From NCBI GenBank assembly GCA_035536815.1, contig DATLNJ010000033.1, forward strand, positions 11,315 through 75,314: a stretch of 64,000 bases of DNA, read 5' to 3'. This DNA is from Frankiaceae bacterium. GTDB lineage: Bacteria > Actinomycetota > Actinomycetes > BP-191. Below are positions 61,630 through 64,000 of the stretch, piece after piece (the stretch's first letter is position 1; each line of letters opens with the position of its first letter). A program made the position numbers and the translations under genes. A model generated the notes under the pieces. It was not told the origin of the DNA, searched no databases, and saw only the letters and a program-made list of their open reading frames with translations.

Positions 61630-61709
61630 GGCAGCAGTGTCACACGAACGCCGAAGGCGCCCCCGGCCTGGTGGCCGGGGGCGCCTTCGGGGTCGTGCTC
61701 AGCTGCTGG

Positions 61710-64000
61710 CTAGCGGGTCGAGTCCCAGCCGGCCGGCCGCGGGTCGATCGTGCCGATGCCGAAGAGCCCGCCGTACGCCGGGAGCACCGTTGCCGTGGTG
61801 GCGGCACCGACCTTGTTCGTCACCGTGATGACGACCGAGTCGATCTTGTAGCGGTCGATCGCCGTACCCGTGCGGTACGTCTCGCCGCTCACCCGCGGGA
61901 TCGCCGCGGTGTTCGCCAGGATGGCGTTCGCCGCGTTGAACCCGAGGCTGTTGAACGTCTGCGTGTTCGCGAACATCCGCAGCGAGCCACGGGCGATCAC
62001 GCCGAACGTCGGGTTCGTCGTGCCGAACCGCAGCATGACGCCATCGCGGTAGCCGATCAGCCAGTTGTTGTCGATCGGCACGTGGTTGTCGGCGAGGTTC
62101 GCGGCGTACACGTGCGTCGACGGGACCCGGGTGCGCAGCGCGGAGTAGCTCGCCAGCTTGCGGCGGACCGAGACACCCTGCGCGTTCTTGACGATCTGGT
62201 AGATCCGGCCGTCGTTGTACTTGATCCACGTGCCGTCGGCGTGCCGGGTGCTGCCGATCAGCTTGCCGGTCGGGATGGACCTGAGCTCCGTTGCCGACAC
62301 CGCGTACGCGGTGGTCGTCGAGATCCGCCAGTACTTCAGGCGGGCCGCGCTGACCGGCCGCTTCACGCCACGCTCGACGTAGTAGAGCGCGCCGGTCGAC
62401 GCCTTGAGGATGGCGCCGTCGCGGTAGCCGAGGTTCGCCTGTCGCGGCAGGGCCGAGACGAGCGCCCGCGGCACCGTGACCACGGAGGCGTCGGAGATCA
62501 TCCAGCTCCGCCGCGCGGCGTTCGAGATGAAGTGCCGGCGCGCGACGGTGCCGTTGGGGCCGTCCACGATGAGCGCTCCGGGGTCGGTGCTCGTGAACTT
62601 GACGACCGAGCCGACCGGGTACCGCGTGGTGCGCCGCACCGAGGCCGACGGGAACACCATCTGCCGGCCCGGCGTCTCCGTGGCGATCGTCGAGTCGCAA
62701 CGGATCGGCGCGCGCTTGGTGTCGGCCGGGTTGGCGGTCACGCCCCGCAGGTTGATCGCCATGTGGTCGGCGAGGCAGCCACCGCCGGTGGCGGCACTGC
62801 CCTCGGCCCACTCGGCCGCGTCCGCACCGAACGCGTCGGCCGTGATCTTGAGCACGTCACCGTCGCGGACCGTGTTGATGCGCGACCACTGGTTCGACTT
62901 CGTGGCGGCGCTGTTGCTGTTCGCCATCTTCACGCTGCCGGTCGGGATCCGCGGCGGGGTGAGGACCGTCATCTTGTCGGTCGCCTCGGGGTTGCTGAGG
63001 CGGCCGAACTTGTCGATGCCGGACAGGAACAGCGTGTGCGTGCCCTCGACCAGCGTGATCACGCCGGGCTTCGTCGAGACGTAGTCCGACGGCTCGACCA
63101 GCGCACCGCGGGCGGTGTTCTTGAGCCGCCAGCCGATGACCGACGCCGAGCTCTCGATGCCGGTGTTGACCGTCGTGCTGGAGCAGAACTCCGGGTCGTC
63201 GGTCTCGACGGAGCACTCGAGCTCCATCGTGGCCACCGGGCCACCGAGGCCGGTCACCGTGCCGGTCTGCTTGTTCTTGACCGCCGGCGTCGCCATGTCG
63301 TCGACCTTGTCCGCACCCGAGAACTTCACGACGAAGTCCTCGGTGGCGTTGATCGCGTTCAGGGCGAACGAGAGCGTGAACGAGCTGGCCGCGCTGTTGA
63401 CCGCGCCGATCGGGGTGACGCCGGTCACCGGCTTCGCGACGCTCTGCTCGACCGCGAAGTCACCGGACTCCACCGTCGTGGTCGCGACCGGCTCGGACAG
63501 GAAGACGTTGATCTTCGTGCCGTCGTCGGTGGCCGCCGCGTCGTCGACCGGGCAGCTGCCGTTGATGCCGGTCGCCCACTGGGCGCAGGCACCGACGATC
63601 GCGGGGCCGGCACCATCGGTCGTCTGGACCGGCGCGGTTTCCGGGGCGAGCGGGTTGTTGACGAGGTCGGTCACGCCGCCCAGGTACTGGACGGTGGGCC
63701 GGCTCGACGTGTCACCCGTGGTGTCGGTCGCCTCGGCGATGACCAGGCGGACACCGGTGGTACCCAGGTCCTCCTGGCGCACGATGTTCCGGCCGGTGAC
63801 CGTGAACTGCGCACCGACGGCCCGGGTGGGCAGCGACTCACTGAACACGATGTCCACCGCGTCGACGAGACCGTTGAGGTTCGCGTCCGCCGTGGTCCGG
63901 CTGACGATGAACGGCGCGGCGCCGTCCGCCGGCGTGACATGGAAGCGCTCGAGGCCGTCGACCACAGTCGTCAACCAGACGTTACCCGCGGCGTCCTTCG
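61710..64000 (-). CDS. large secreted/surface protein (3' part; frame open to window end)
   Basis: The frame stays open past the TTG listed at 63974. Ig-like/beta-rich N-part. C-terminal repeats of the form YRDG.(I/M)L...... . No family recognised. Confidence 0.5.
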   Translation of the reverse strand, partial: KDAAGNVWLTTVVDGLERFHVTPADGAAPFIVSRTTADANLNGLVDAVDIVFSESLPTRAVGAQFTVTGRNIVRQEDLGTTGVRLVIAEATDTTGDTSSRPTVQYLGGVTDLVNNPLAPETAPVQTTDGAGPAIVGACAQWATGINGSCPVDDAAATDDGTKINVFLSEPVATTTVESGDFAVEQSVAKPVTGVTPIGAVNSAASSFTLSFALNAINATEDFVVKFSGADKVDDMATPAVKNKQTGTVTGLGGPVATMELECSVETDDPEFCSSTTVNTGIESSASVIGWRLKNTARGALVEPSDYVSTKPGVITLVEGTHTLFLSGIDKFGRLSNPEATDKMTVLTPPRIPTGSVKMANSNSAATKSNQWSRINTVRDGDVLKITADAFGADAAEWAEGSAATGGGCLADHMAINLRGVTANPADTKRAPIRCDSTIATETPGRQMVFPSASVRRTTRYPVGSVVKFTSTDPGALIVDGPNGTVARRHFISNAARRSWMISDASVVTVPRALVSALPRQANLGYRDGAILKASTGALYYVERGVKRPVSAARLKYWRISTTTAYAVSATELRSIPTGKLIGSTRHADGTWIKYNDGRIYQIVKNAQGVSVRRKLASYSALRTRVPSTHVYAANLADNHVPIDNNWLIGYRDGVMLRFGTTNPTFGVIARGSLRMFANTQTFNSLGFNAANAILANTAAIPRVSGETYRTGTAIDRYKIDSVVITVTNKVGAATTATVLPAYGGLFGIGTIDPRPAGWDSTR

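Overview
High-GC actinobacterial chromosomal segment. The conserved housekeeping backbone is an ECF sigma/anti-sigma pair, HIT, phoH-ybeY-corC, era-recO-uppS, bcp, glyQS, ppdK, dgt-dnaG-sigma, an ABC-2 exporter, topoisomerase IB, tRNA-Asn, tRNA-Met, csp, rex and a glutaredoxin-like gene. Several accessory insertions interrupt it. (1) 47.4-59.1 kb is the most unusual locus. It combines genes normally attached to extracellular contractile injection systems (eCIS): an Afp15/Pvc15-like AAA+ ATPase, a DUF4255 cap-like protein, a DUF4157 protein ending in an RNase-A-like toxin domain, and a gpI-like tail protein. No sheath, tube, spike or baseplate genes are present. In their place are three translationally coupled paralogous membrane proteins built from Ig-like modules and carboxypeptidase-regulatory-like repeats. 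An IS110 element abuts the locus. (2) 19.9-21.4 kb holds six tandem genes for small Sec-signal peptides with a conserved 4-Cys scaffold; two of them are shorter than the ORF-track cutoff. (3) phoH carries an in-frame 359-aa intein with a LAGLIDADG endonuclease and class-3 (Ala1 / W-C-T) hallmarks. (4) A 7.9-kb integrase-less island is bracketed by tRNA-Met and a 40-nt copy of its 3' half. It encodes secreted proteins, a PGRS-like glycine-rich protein and an ECF-sigma-TM-Kelch fusion. Many long ORFs in the track are antisense shadows typical of high-GC DNA and are not called.
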